From contig NC_043008.1 of NCBI RefSeq assembly GCF_006345805.1, positions 24,242,001 to 24,306,000 on the forward strand: a stretch of DNA of 64,000 nucleotides, read 5' to 3'. The notes below the pieces were generated by a model, which had not been told where the DNA came from, ran no database searches, and worked only from the letters and a program-made list of their open reading frames with translations. Source of the DNA: Octopus sinensis (taxonomy: Eukaryota). Positions 27,306-42,561 of the stretch are shown here, one piece after another. How positions within the stretch are numbered: the stretch's first letter is position 1; each line of letters starts with the position of its first letter. The translations under genes and the position numbers were made by a program.

Positions 27306-28264
27306 ATATCTCCTGCACACACACACACATATAATCTCTCTACTTTCCTCCGTTATCTCCCTTGTACCTTTCCCTCTGTTCCTTCCACGCAATCGGTGTT
27401 CGGACAAACATGATCATTCTTAGCCCGACCGATGCCCATACAACACCTTATTTTGCTGTCTCCTGAGTTTCACCTATGTTGTGCTGCAAGGCATTCACTC
27501 TACACACCAGTTCAACTTAACTTCTTCTTATTAGTCGAAAGACACCTGTTGTAATTCTCGTGTTTGTATTTGTAATCAGGTAACATTTTCTTCAATTTCT
27601 CGTATTTCTTTTTGTCTATGTTATCGTATAATAATCGCTTGCTTTCTCCCAAAAAGGTAATGCTCTTAGCTTAGATTTTTGGGGCCTACCAATTTTGGAC
27701 AGTCTCAAGTGTAATAGGCCGAAACTGTAATGATAATTGGAAAGTTGAGTGATGAACGGAAGGCCACGAATGATCCGTCCTGGTTTTTCCTGTCCGCCTT
27801 TGTATCGTCTATCTGTCCGTTTGTTTTATTGTTATCCGTTTCGTTCTTATTTCGTTTTTTGGATTTATATATATATATCAATATGATTTCTAGTGATTCT
27901 TCTAGGCACTGCGCTGCACGAAATTCAGTATCTAGTGTTTTATTTCAGTTGCAATATGTATGGATGTGAATTCAAGGAAATTTCACTGTTAATTTTAGCG
28001 GAGACTGTCTTGTAAAATATATTTATTGCAACTGGTCAGCAAATATTGAAATCGATTTTACTGAAAATAGTTACAAATGCAAAATTCTTTGAGCATATAC
28101 CAAGTGTACGGCGAAGTTGATCAATATATCTACTAGGCATTGCATGACTTCGATTTGACCAGCGTTTGTATATTCATTACCTATAACTACATATAAAACA
28201 CTGTCCACATACCCAAAATTCACATTGCCGCAGGATTATAAAGACCAACGCATATGTATGCATC

Positions 28265-28361
<97 letters not shown>

Positions 28362-29360
28362 ATACCTATCTAACTTTATTTTTTCTATCTATATTTATAT
28401 ATCTATGTGTGCGTGTATATACATACATATGTGTATGTGTATGTGTGGGTGAGTACGTGCGTAGGCATGATGTGACCTTTCTAAAAGTGTCAGAATAGGC
28501 TATATCTCCAAGAACACAGCATATTTGGTTCAGTGAATGGATGAATATGCGATAAGTAGATTCAAAGTAGGTTATCAAAGAACATTGAAAGAGTTTTATA
28601 AAATCAATAGACGGAGAGTATAAAACCAACCGTTAGAAACTACCGTGAGAGGAAGATATTTCCTTTTTCCTTATATAGGATGTCAAGCCGGTACAGTAGT
28701 GAAATTATTGTTGTACTATATCAAAATGTTCATATTACGTTATCCAGATATTTATTCTTGAGTTTTCCACCTAACCATTCACTGATGCAAAACTACTTTA
28801 AATTTTCGGTCATATACTTTTGTTCTTTGCATACTCATATCTAATATTTTTATCTAAATTTCTGACATTCTTTCATTATAGCCTCAGGGGCCTGAATTAA
28901 AGTCAATAGAAATCCTTCCCACAACGCACATACTTGATCTTGATGAAATTTTCAAATATATATATGAAAAATTACTGTTAGTCAAAGTACGGATTCAGTT
29001 GCTATTGCGAATAGTGGTGGGTATTGATATTGGTTCAAAGTACATTCATGCTCATTCTAGCATCAAAAAGAACAAAAAATGGTATAGCAGTCAGCAGAAT
29101 GGAACAAAAATCTTCAAGGGAATAACGGCTTCATTTCCTTTGAATCACTGGTGCTTTTGCAGAAGATGTTATGCATATCAAATTTAATAAGAACAAAGTA
29201 AAATACTCTAGCCGCAGGAGAGGTGTATATTTCGGTAATGATTGTTATATTTATCAGTCGGTTACTCAGAGCTAAACAATATTTTATATTTTCGCAAAAG
29301 TTACCTACGCATATATACATATATAAAGACACGAAACATATGCACACACACACACACACA

Positions 29361-29420
<60 letters not shown>

Positions 29421-29878
29421 CCGCGCAGATGCATACATGTGTGTCTATATATGTGTATACGCACAAAATGTAGGTATCACCATCACTGAATTTTATACTT
29501 TATATATTGAATATCTCTACAGTCATAAGCTATATCTAAAATCAATATCCAATGCTAAAGTAAACAAATAAATTAAATGAAAATTATCGAAGACTTAACA
29601 TATAGTCTGCAAAATGGAATACATGAAACCTGAAAAAAAAGTGCAAATCGAACCACCAGCACGCTAACACACAGAAACACACACCTACACACATTTATGT
29701 GACGTCAGAGTGTATACACGTACATGTGTATATAGTCTACTTTATACGTGTGTGAGCCCTATATGTAGTTGTATATATTGTGTATGTACATGATGATGTA
29801 TGCGTATGTTTGTGTATATGTATAACTACGTGTTTTTGTATGTATGTATGTATGTATGTATGTATGTATGTATATATG

Positions 29879-29938
<60 letters not shown>

Positions 29939-30429
29939 TGAGAAATGTAAAAATATTTCCAATGAAACATCGTATCAATAATGAAATAAACAAGCTCCTC
30001 TCAGAGCTGGCGAACATCTAATTTTGTTGACAGACATCTCATAATATTTGTTTGACTTCTCGGTTTGCCCCTCCAATACGTTTCATACGTTTACATTGAT
30101 TCTGACTATTTATCAATTATCTAGAATCGTTTTTGGTTGAGTTAATAATATGTTAGTTTACATCAGGATGGGGTGATGCTCATAATCTATCATCGGTGGT
30201 GCTCTGTGTCAATGGTCAAAGATTTACCTGTTCCTGTCAATACCTAAATAACACTATACTGAAATACTGACGTACAGAAGTTAAAAGATACTACGAATAT
30301 TATTGTTACATAAACACGTCTTCTTTTTCACACACCAGCACATAATTATAAATGTATACACATATAAGTACATATGTGTTTGTACATATATATATATACA
30401 TACATACATACATATCTATATATACACAC

Positions 30430-31126
<697 letters not shown>

Positions 31127-31136
31127 AGACTATGTA

Positions 31137-31350
31137 GAGGCGCAATGGCCTAGTGGTTAGGGCAGCGGACTCGCGGTCGCAGGATCGGGGTTTCGATTCT
31201 CAGACCGGGCGTTGTGTGTGTTTATTGAGCGAAAACACCTAAAAGCTCTACGAGGCTCCGGCAGGGGGTGGTGATCCCTGCTGTACTCTTTCACCACAAT
31301 GGCGGTGCCCCAGCATGGCCACAGCTCAAGAGCTGAAACTGGAAAAACAA
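31137..31350 (+). mobile_element. tRNA-derived SINE (tRNA-Arg-like head)
   Basis: GGCGCAATGGCCTAGTGGTTAGGGCAGCGGACTCGCGGTC...GTTTCGATTCTC, with the tail GGCGGTGCCCCAGCATGGCCACAGC shared with the CORE-type SINE. Confidence 0.8.
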
Positions 31351-33216
31351 ACAAAAACAAAAAAATATATATATATATATACGTATATATATCTATATAT
31401 ATATATCTATATATACATACATACATATATATATATGTGTGTGTGTGTGTGTATCTATGTGTGTGAACCTTTGTGTTTGTATTTGTCTATTTGGCAACCG
31501 GTATCGGTTTGTTTACCTCCCCAACTAGCGGTTCGGCAAATTAGATCAACAGAATAAGTACCAGGCTTAAAGAAAAATAATTTATGGAGTCATTTGTTCG
31601 ACAAACCCTTCAAGGCGGTACCCCAGTGTGGACACTGTCTAATGACAGATAAATATATGATAAAAGATAAAATGTATATATAAAAATAGATGGACAATTA
31701 GTTGTGATAGTTTTCTAATTTTCCCTATTTGGTTCTAATTCTGTTGCCAGAGCTTCAAAATTTCCATAACAGCGATCTATCGTATATCTACAATTATATG
31801 TCGACACACACGAAATAGTATACAATTTGTTTTACTGTTTTTCTTTCTCTTTCGTGCTTTTCAAATATTGAAGCACACGTCTTAAGAGAATACTTTAGAA
31901 ACAAATGTTAAAAATATAGGCATATTATTAGATATATTAGATATATTTTAAACCATGGTTACATATAGTATTATTATTTTCTATTAGGGGAAAATAATAT
32001 AGTGTACGTATCTTTAAACATATAATTTTTGACATCCAGACTTTTATTTTTATAACTATTTCTGGAGCTGGAGACAGTATTTATAGGCTTATGATTGATT
32101 TAAAAAAAAAATACTTTTGCTATTGACAATCTACAAATTCAATAAGAAAGTTTCAGGTGGAAGCGAAAAGTAGCGTCTCTTGTAAAATTAAGCTACCTGT
32201 GGAATAAAATATTTCTTCTAGTAAACATAACTCTTTTTTTCTAAAAAGAACGATCATTTGTTTAGTGGAAACAATGCTGCTCAGTCGGGAGAAATTTTTC
32301 TACAGATGCTACCGTTTTATATTGATACTATGTGTTGATGTCATCGGTAGGATGAAGGTTTTGTTGCCAGTGACAAAGTGACACCATGGTAACATACGAA
32401 ACTTAAATATTTCAATATGCAATCACAGTAACGTCTTGGTCAGAACTACTTTTTTAATGCATACTATTGGAAATCTTCCCTAATCTCCTCACTTTTTTCA
32501 TGATGTTAAGTGCGCTTTGGCATCACTTAACGTTTTTTTCGACACATCAACTTTCTCTAGGTGATACGCTTGTGCGATACTTTTACTTTTTTAGAAATAA
32601 TAACCGTTGCTGTTTCCGTAGTATTAAAGGTTGCTTTGATGGTGGCAGTGGTGATGAATTTGCTGTTGCCACTATTGGTAGTGGTGGAGGTGACTGCGTT
32701 CGTTTTAGTGTTGGTATTGCTTTTTTGTTGACATTGTTATCTTTTGTTGCTCTTTTGATAGTAATGGAGGTGTTGAACTTTTTAGCAGCAGAATATTAGC
32801 TTCATATTTTTCTCATGGTGTTGTTGCTGCTGTTGCTGTTGTTACTGTTGCTGTTGCTGTTGTTGCATTCGTTACAGCTGCTTCTGTTGTGCCTGCTTCT
32901 TTTCAATTTCGCAGTTTTGTTCTGCAGATAGCGGCTGTTCTTTTCAGAAAACGAACAATCCTTCCATCATCTTTCTTTTTTGCTTAACAAAATCCCCTTT
33001 GAGCCCCTTAAGGGCTACAGGTGGAGAAAACTAACCAGCCCTCTAAAGTCCTGATTTGTTTATCTATATGAAAATAACAAGTGTTCAATATATAAAATTT
33101 GTGTAACAATAGAAATAATAACAAATTTACGGGAGCGAAGTGCAATACGTGTAGAAAGACGAACAAACAGAATAATGATGACGATGATGATAATGATGAT
33201 GATGATGATGATGATG

Positions 33217-33274
<58 letters not shown>

Positions 33275-33297
33275 CAGCAACAATACGAAACAATAGA

Positions 33298-33930
33298 TCA
33301 TCTTGTCTCGGGATGCCCTGTGCTGACAGACGAAATAATACACGATAGAGTAGGACTGTATTTACATTGGAACACTACAAAATCAACACACCTGCATACT
33401 CGTATTAACGTCATCCTGAGCCAGTCGTTCAAGGTAAAAATGCTACTATATTCTGGGATTTTCCAGTCAACACTGACAGAACGATCCAGACCAATTGACA
33501 TAATTATCAAAGACAGGGAAGAAAATACTTGTAGATTAATAGATGTAAGTGTTCCCACTGATAAAAATATATCTGTTAAGGAATTTGACAAATTAAGTAA
33601 ATATAAGGAGATGGAAATTGAAAAACGAGAACTGCTCCTGTTCTTGTAGGTGCCCTAGGTATGATAAGAAAGGGATGTCAGAAACATTTAGATAAGATCC
33701 CAGGAGAACCATGTCTCAGAGAAATCCAAGAGATTGTGCTGACAAATACTGCCCACATCCTTAGAAAAACCCTATCCATTTAAATGTATGTGTTGTATTA
33801 CACGAAGATATTTCGCTACCTCCTCTCCCCAGGCTTCCAGTAATACTGTAAGATCTTTTATCCTTCACTCGCCTAGGAAGCTGGGTGTGTCCCGGCAAGT
33901 GACTGTAACAAACAAACAGATAAAAAGTAA
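33298..33930 (+). mobile_element. R4/Dong LINE 3' end (restriction-like endonuclease) within (AAT)n
   Basis: HDRVG, RPIDIIIKD, LIDVSVP, KLSKYKE, VGALG and TAHILRKTLSI*. Flanked on both sides by AAT/GAT repeats, consistent with Dong targeting of (TAA)n. Confidence 0.88.
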
Positions 33931-34068
33931 ATAATAATAATAGCAATAACAACAACAACACCAATAATTATAATAATAATAATGATGATGATGATTATGA
34001 TGATGATGATGACGGCGACCATGACAAAAACAACAACAACAACAACAACAACAATAATAATAATAATA

Positions 34069-34545
34069 ATGGCTCTCATTGCTTCTGATCGCAAATGATT
34101 GGAAGTGTTATCAAATACAAGTTTTGTCTTGGGCTGCAGCAAAGATTCTGCTCTGTACCACATATTTCCTTGTCAGATCCGAACCAGTTGAGCATGTATC
34201 ATGGTGACTGACACTATGTGCATCTCTGATCACGAGCAGTAGTGGGGGGAATCATAGCTTTGTGTTGTGAGGAATTCTTTGGGATTTGAATAATTCACCT
34301 CTGGAAACACGGGTGTTCCGTTCAAAATCATTAAACAAACCTTATTCAGAGTCAGTTTGAGTTGGATGGGCTACTAGACCTGATGAACATTCTAACTGGG
34401 CTTCACCTGTAAGGTCATGCGCTTGTCGCACACATACGGTTGTGATGCATATGCCTGGTATACCTATATCAGACTGGTTGTCATGGGATTCGTATATTTG
34501 TACCTCAGTGTCATTTTGATGGAATTCGCTGCTCTCTCACTCAAT
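34069..34545. repeat. Interspersed repeat of unknown class embedded in (AAT)n
   Basis: Discrete higher-GC block bounded by AAT tracts; resembles a high-copy octopus repeat from memory. Confidence 0.4.
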
Positions 34546-34599
34546 AATGATAATAATAATAATAATAGCAACAACAATAATAATGATTTCATTTATTTT

Positions 34600-34770
34600 C
34601 TCCTGGGGCGAATGATGATGGGGACATTACAAAATAGATATAAAGTGTTGGGGTTTACATATATCGCAATTCCTACCCACCTTTCAATAAACTCACTCGA
34701 GAACAGCATTTCCCCCTCGACCCTCAATTTCCTTTTCAAGTAAAACTTGAAAACCTTAGCAGTCACACTT
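34600..34770 (-). mobile_element. Tx1/L1-like ORF2 C-terminal fragment
   Basis: The minus strand gives FKFYLKRKLRVEGEMLFSSEFIERWVGIA. Confidence 0.55.
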
Positions 34771-37700
34771 TTGTGTAGATTAAGTGAAAAATCACCTGAG
34801 ACAGTTTAGAATATAATTAATGTATGTTCAAAATGCTATGAGATAGTGAACTGTGTCCGAGCGTTTGTGAAGTTGGAAGACAATAATTGTATTGTTCATA
34901 AATAGTAGGGGTGTACTTCTTACTAGATATGTAAACGATAGCGGCTTTGAGAGTAGGCTTATGCTCTTCAAGCCTATGGATGGTGAAATGGAGTGTCGAG
35001 GTTATATATGAATAACCCCTATATGCTAAAAGTTAAAGGGGCTTAAATATTTGTACCATCTACAAGAAATAATTCGCAAAAGAATGAACATGAAGGCATG
35101 ACCTGCCCTTGTTGATAGAATGTGAACTGGAGGCAAGTAAAGTTTTATATAAATATTCGACCGACTGATAGGTGAGTGCTTATGCTAGTATATTCCTAAA
35201 AGTAAAGTGCTCCAATATTTAGTTTTAAAAATATTTGCAAGGCAGTAAGACTGTGTGTGAAGATAAATATTCTGAAGAGCTGAAACTTAGTAAGGTATAA
35301 AACTCATCATATAAAAGGGAGGGAAAATTAAGGGTGGGGGTTAAGATATTGAGAGATTGCCTGAGGATAACAGTTGACAAGTCATGTGCAGTGAGGATTT
35401 GGAAACAAAACCAGCAACAGGCTCATGTTAGTCGAGGAGTGTTCAGTTAGATCTGCATTACTAATAGACAATTGTCTGTAGAAAATTCTGTCGCAATTGG
35501 TTGGAAAGAAAAGCTACAATCCGTATATGAACTCCTCTTTTCTAGAAAACAGCTTACCGACATTGCTGGAATTAACACCTTGCTCTTAGAAGGTAATGGG
35601 ATCCAGCAGAAGTTGTCTTCGTCTGTATAGCAACAGCTAATCTGCAAGAGAAGTACTTGGGACTTTTGTGTAAAAGGGTTTGGCCCTTTGTGTAATAGGG
35701 ACATGAAACAATGTATATAGAAATATAACACCCACTATTTTTACGTTACAAGGATTAGAGATTAAATTCATTTACTGTCGATATGTTGTTAATATTAGTC
35801 CTCCATCAGATTTGGCATGTTAGAAGAACAATCAATGGGAAATTATTATTGAGTACTAGAAAAATGTGAGTCTACCTACCTTGATTAGGCAGTTGTCATA
35901 CCTTTCTTTTTGGGTAAAATTAGTGATTGCTAAGTGAGAAAGTTGTCAGTAGTCAATAATGCTTGAAGTATTGGCGTTTAATTAGCAACACGGTAAGGCG
36001 AAAATTCATAATGAAGTTTGGGTGTATTTCCAGTGTCATTATTATAGGAGAACTTTGACTCAAAAAGAATTGTGAGCATTGAATGAATTAATGATAATAA
36101 CTTGAAAGAGATATGAGAAGAAATTCATGACAGACTAATAAATACGCGTACAACTGTTGGCAGTTGAGGAAAAATATAAAGAAATTCGACAGAGAATAAC
36201 TAGAGATTGTTATCATGGATAGTCCACAGTAAATGCTTTTAAAATCTGCATGTTGGCTGGTTTTAAACCAAGTAGCTTACTAAATCTATCTCATGAACAA
36301 ACTGCAAGTGGTGTCAATATTAGAAGAGTTGTTTTACAAGTATACACTCATGTCCTATCTAAAAAGAAAAATTAAGTAGTCTTTTTGAGGAAAGAGACCT
36401 ACAAAAGAAGTCAATGGACGATGGTAATGCATAAATGGCAGGGTGCCCAACTAGATGACTGATAACATTACATTTTGTACTTCTCCGTTATAAGTCCAAG
36501 TCATTCTGAGGACAAATTTACATTTCATCTTTCTCGAATCCTCGGAACGACTATGGGGAATGTATTGTGGTTGTTTTATTTAACTGTGCTCTCTCATTCA
36601 AATGCGAGAATTCAATATGGTTTATGGTTGTAACAATAAGCACAACAACCATTCTAACAATAAATAGTGCAATAGCATAATTCAATAATGATATCATTAT
36701 TAGATCACATCATTTCAACCTCTCTAGCGCTATTGATCTTGCCACTTGTATTTCACTACTGCAATAAATAAGTTAGTATTCTCATCATCTATAACCACAA
36801 TTGTTTCTGTTTATAGTTAACATCGCAGTAACATGACTAACTTCCCTGCAGGCCCCACTGCACTAACGATGAAATAACCAAATTGCCACAGTTACCACAC
36901 CACTATAACTACTGCCACTAAAATTTCATCCTCCAAACTCAGACATCCTTGCAAGTAGCTACTATCAAGTATTCACATTTCAGTAATGGAGCGATCTATT
37001 TTATCATTGGTCTTCTGCCGTCAATATTATTACTGTTGTAGTTATTCCACTTAATTCTATTTGCGTACTGTAATACGTAGCGTGCCCTGGAAACTCCTCT
37101 CACCTTTCATCTTTAAATCTAATCTTAGTTTTGTTCGCCTAAACTTTGCCCTTTATCGCTGACGCAAACGATTCGACATAAATCAATTTTATTACAAACG
37201 CATTTAACAATGTTTCTCTTATCTTCAATATTTATGTAATATTTCGTTGGCTATGTTATTAACCTTGTGCCATTTACAGTCTTTAATATAATGATGATGA
37301 TAATAAAATATTAATAATAGTAATAATAATAATAACAATAATAATTATAATAATAACAATAAAAACAACAACAGCAACAACAACAATATTAATAATTTCT
37401 TTATCGTCCAAAACATACCAAAATTATTAAAAACAAAGATCAAAAACAGAACTAAAAGTAGCGATTACGAATTTTGTGTATGTAATACTAATTTAAATAT
37501 AATAATAAACAAAATAATAAGCGAAAATGTATAAATCGATCAATTTCATGAAGGATAAATTGGTGGCAACTCAGAGAGGAACACAGAACCCTGTAGCTTC
37601 CACTCAGTTACCTATGTAAAATTTAAAGACGCTTATGGTGGCTTTTATTGAAAGGGAAACGATGTATAGATTTAAATAAAACTGCATTTTTTGAAACCAA

Positions 37701-38109
37701 TTTCTCTCTGGAATGGGTTTTGTGGTCGATAAAATTCCATAACGGCTGACACCACGACCCCTACAATAGTTTTTTTCTAAATAACCTGTAATTGTAGAAG
37801 AGGGAAATGTCGATCGGCAAGTCGATAAGGTATTGAAAACAAGAAGGCCTGTTTTTATGATCTTCGTTACTTCTGTTGCAGATGAAAACAACTCTCAATC
37901 TAATCTACATAGCTCATTTACCATATTATACATAGATACCTGTTTACACACACACACGCACACATTTGCACACAGACACACATACACACACATACGACTT
38001 ACATAATGCATATATATATGTGTGTATGTTTGTGTGTATGTGCATGCATATATCTTTGTATATGTTTATATGCACAAACCGCAAGCATATATACAATGGA
38101 GTGAAACCA

Positions 38110-39815
38110 ATTAATGATAGTCTAACAACTAGAAAACCCGTGCTGCAGCTACCGATAACATCAATCGCCGAAGAATATAAAGCAGGAATGGCAAGAACAG
38201 TAATGATGCTAAGGTATTCGAAAGATCAGAACATCCGAGAAAACCCTCCAAATGTACGAACAGGGATGAAATGGAAAGCGGAAGAGGCAGTAGACAGGGC
38301 GATCGGAAAGTTAAGGCACCCCGATATAGTCGGAGCGACATAAGAAGCAAGAGCCGGTCTAGGGTCGCAGAATTTCAAATCATTTTGCATGAGCAGTATA
38401 AAAGAGAGGAAAGACGCAGTGGTGCACGAAGAGAGAAAGGAGGAAGAAGAAAGGCGTAATGTAGACAACAGGAACAGTGCCTGAGATGGAAAGAATATGT
38501 AGTCAGTCGCAGAATCTCAGGGAAGGAACTTTGGGCTTGGGGACAAGCAAGAACATCCTTTCTGATCAAGTCTATCTTCGACGTTTTACCTTCACCGGCA
38601 AATTTAGTCCGGTGGAACACACAAACAGACGAATGTAGATACGGAGAGAAAGCGACGGTGAGACATGTTCTGTCAAACTGCAGGCTAGCACTAGACAGAT
38701 ATACATGGTGTCACAATCAAGTCCTCGGTGGTATAAGCGCAGCACTCAAGGAGAAGATCGAGGGATATAATAGGGGAAAATACCCAAAAGTGGAAAAGCG
38801 CGGAAAAATATACTTCCAGAAGGAGGGAAAAGGACATAAGACCAGGTTTTTAAATAAAATGTACGAGACAGACGAAAGATGGAAAGTATACTGGGAACTG
38901 GCCGCAGATTTGGAAAGACTAAATATTTCCACTCATAAAAACAACAAAAAGACCTGACTTAATCTTATGGAACATAGAACGGAGAATTGGAATTTTGCTA
39001 GCGCTGACATCGTTAATGCAGAACATCGTTAATGCAGAGCAACAGAAGGAGAAGAGGTATGAGAAATTAGTCGAAGAGTGAGGAGAACAGGGATGGATTG
39101 TCGAGTATTACCACCTGGCAGTGGGGGCTAGAGGCTTCATTGAAAGGAAAATAACGACGTTATTTAAAAGAAAGTTTGCATTCTGGAGCTGAGAGCTGAG
39201 AAAAGTAATAAGGAGGGAGTCGAAAAAGCCAGCTTCTGTATATTGCTGAAGCGAGAAGGTCCAAAATGGCTTGAAAGCCACAACATGCCGACTGGGAAAT
39301 AGCGTCGCTAGATGAAGCTGGCTTACACATAAGCAGGATCGCTGATTGACAAGTGAGCCAAGGTAGCGGTCTCGTTCATAGCGACTCCTCCTCTGGTTCG
39401 AAGGTTTGTACCACAAAACAGCTGGTGGGCTCTGGCTGCTGGAAGTGAAACTAACACGACACTGTTGGAAGGTAGGTTTAGAGAGGGCGTGGACTAAAAT
39501 TGCGCGCCCTGCCCCTCCATTGGTCAGTTGAAACTTAGACAGTGTCACGTGACAGTTAGCTGGTGCTGGCTACTGGAGCCTACCGGCGAGTATTTAATGG
39601 GGAATTTGACAGGATGGTCAGTCGTCTGCTGACATTGGTTGACGCTGCACCGAAGAAACCAAAGGGCAGAAGAAAAAAGGAGAAAGAAGAAATGCATTCA
39701 ATACCAGAGCTGAAGACAACTCCGAAAGGAGGACTCCATCACGTCGAAAACGGTAGAGGAGTATGGGCCTAAACCTGACGTGGTTCCTCCTGATGATGCC
39801 TTTAGCCTAGTGTAT
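38110..39815 (+). mobile_element. 5'-truncated, decayed HERO-like RLE LINE (second family) with long 3' UTR
   Basis: LQLPITSIAEEYK, PPNVRTGMKWKAEEAV, FLIKSIFDVLPSPANLVRW, HVLSNCRLAL.RYTWCHNQVL, K.PDLILW and VGARGF. Colinear with, but diverged from, the element at 61090-62272. Confidence 0.88.
39709..39806 (+). ncRNA. Non-circularly permuted hammerhead-like motif (G12 mutated to T)
   Basis: GCTGAAGACA ... GGACTC..CACGTC gaaaac GGTA|GAGGAG tat GGGCC TAAACC t GACGTG g TTCCTC CTGATGA TGCCTTTAGC. Confidence 0.6.
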
Positions 39816-40039
39816 TTATAAGTTTGTGTATATATTCATACACAATTTATATAAATATTCAGACCGTGGCCAAGAAAGTGGCGGCAGCATTGGTTGGCTA
39901 GAAGCCAATAAGTGAGTGGAATATAACAACACGATTTCAAACTAAACACGGAAAAGTTACCGGAGTTCAAGTGTATTCCCCAACTGAAACTGAAGCTACA
40001 AGAGTTAATAAGCAAGATATCATCTATGATCACCCCCAG

Positions 40040-40800
40040 GTGGTGCGTAACAAAATACAGAATTACGATCTGAAGTTTGTTATTGTTGTATATGAGACGT
40101 TGTATATCAAGGATGGGAGGACCTCATGACTTTGTGAATTACACCAGTGACAATGGAGAACGAATGTCTCTATTGATTGGCCCCCACATGACTCATTGGG
40201 TGAAATATATTTCAGCAGGAGAATATCCACAAGATAACGTGGATCTCCCCAGATGGCGAGACCCAAAATTAGATCGGCTATATCTGCAATAGCAGATGAT
40301 GGTGAACATCACTGCTGGATGTTCGAAGTTACAGAGGGGCAGATATTAAATCGGACCACGATCTGAGCAACAGATTTGAAGCACTGTGTCATGCTAACGA
40401 TATTGAGGAGCAGTGGAAGTTGTTTCAACAGTTTATACCAGAAAGTGCAAGTATCACTTTAGGCAGAGACATGGACTTGTATCGATGAAATGAAGCAGGC
40501 TAAATGAAAACGTGATGAAAGAAGTCTAACCGACAGTGGAAGTTCTATTATGAAGACTATCGGAGAATTCTGCAGGAAGTGTAGGAAATGTGCAGAAGAG
40601 ACAAACAGCTCAAGTAGTTGCAAACAGAAACGACTCGTAAATTCTATATAAGGTCGTGTGCGATTTTACAAGTGCGAAGTGTAATTCCAATGAACGTATC
40701 AAGGTTAAAGATGGTAAAGAGCATACAACGGAAGAGGAACAAGCAATTTTCGTTAAGAGCATTTTCGTTAAGTGCTATATCAGCAATTCCAGCAATTACT
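40040..40800 (+). mobile_element. Decayed RTE-like apurinic endonuclease fragment
   Basis: TSLLDVRSYRGADIKSDHDL (APE C-terminal SDH motif) near 40305-40365. Confidence 0.65.
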
Positions 40801-41314
40801 TTTAAAATGGGCAATGACCCAACCAAGAATTTGTGCATGTATAAAGAGAATTAAAACAAAAGTACCCATCATAAATTTGTTAATTTTTCGTATAATACAT
40901 GTTTATTGATTTAATTAGTGTAGTTTCACTGAAGGTTTAAAAACAAAATAGAAATATGCACATTTTAAAAGAACGACAAAGACTGGAAATTAGAAAATGT
41001 ATAATGAGAAAGAAGGTCAGATGGACATTAAATGAACAGGTAAAAACATACGCATATACTCACACGTACATATGTGACGACGCGTTGGAATTTGCTAATT
41101 AGATTTCGGCTTATTTCAATTTCTGCAAAGATAAACATACACACATATGTATGTTTATACACTTATATCTATATGCATTCTTAATACCCGTTCCCATGTT
41201 TTTGCTTCAAGTATCTACAAATAATTCCATAGAATCATATAGTTAAAATTACATCTAACAGTTTTCGCTTTTTATATTATTATATCGTTATTCATTTTAT
41301 TTTCTGATATTTAA

Positions 41315-41421
41315 GATAATAATAATAATAATAATAATATAATAATAATAATAATAATAACAATAACAATAACAATAATAATAATAATAATAACAATAAC
41401 AATAATAATAATAATAATAAC

Positions 41422-41456
<35 letters not shown>

Positions 41457-41497
41457 TAATAATAATAATAATAATGATGATGATGATGATGAGGATG

Positions 41498-41580
<83 letters not shown>
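41315..41580. repeat. Compound (AAT/AAC/GAT)n microsatellite
   Basis: Read directly; similar tracts at 42563-42726 and 43014-43279. Confidence 0.98.
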
Positions 41581-41581
<1 letters not shown>

Positions 41582-42176
41582 GTCTTTAGATTTGTGCTGA
41601 AAAAAATTTCGAACATTAAAAATTTCAGAAATTCAAAAGTCTGACCTTTGAAATGTCTGAATAATTTTTGTTTTTTTATTTTTACTCTTCTGCTTTATTT
41701 TTTCTCTCACTGTTACTCCTTTCCAAGTTCTGTTCAGAGATCATATAACTTGAAGGAGTCTGGTAACGAAACCCAGGGGTAAAATTGGGAGAAAAAATTT
41801 AAATATCTTAATTTCATTTTATATTGTTCGAATATAAGTAGTTGAAATGAGAAGCAGCTGCATGATGTTGCAGACTTCAGTTTTATTTAGCTTTCACACA
41901 CTGAATATTTCGCTGGGTCAAATATGAGAAAGTAGAAAGGAGGTATATGCCTGTTTGCGATGACACATGCATTTTCATATGTAAAGTGGAGAAAATTTAA
42001 ACTCAATAATGTATGTAAATATATATCCTTAGTTTCAAGGCTTATATATATACATACATACATGCATAAATACATACATACATACATACATGCATACATA
42101 CACACATACATATGTATATACATATATGTGTGTGTATGCATTTATGAATATATATGTATATATGCACATATATATG

Positions 42177-42216
<40 letters not shown>

Positions 42217-42516
42217 AAATTAATTGGTCCCTCTTAGCGTGTTGGTATCTACGAATAGTAGTACCCTCAATATATATATATATATATATATACATATATG
42301 TATATAATGATAAATATCAAAGTGAGTTATATACAGTAGCGGTAACACATCGTGACGTATTTTTGCCATTTCTATATGGCTAACCCCTAAGGGTGGATGC
42401 TACTGTAGTTTTTAGCCCCAGGAGGACACACTCCTCCAGCTGGCCATAGACACACTTTCTGTGTCCTGTCAGTATTTGCAAAGGGAAGTCATCCTTCCCG
42501 TCTTCAACTTATGATA

Positions 42517-42561
42517 CACACGGACTCGAGTTTCGAGGTATTGACCTCTCGTCAGCGTGTG
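42517..42561 (-). ncRNA. Intact minimal type I hammerhead ribozyme
   Basis: Minus strand: CACACG-CTGACGA-GAGGT caat ACCTC-GAAA-CTCGAG-TC-CGTGTG. Stems I and II are perfect, stem III is palindromic, the core is complete, and the cleavage triplet is GUC. Confidence 0.9.

Noticed and set aside
31137-31210. Possible tRNA gene
   Set aside because: The acceptor and T stems are imperfect and the sequence continues into a SINE body and tail; it is a SINE head.
37604-37891. 95-aa minus-strand ORF, possibly a LINE ORF1 relic
   Set aside because: No diagnostic motif; it cannot be assigned without a search.
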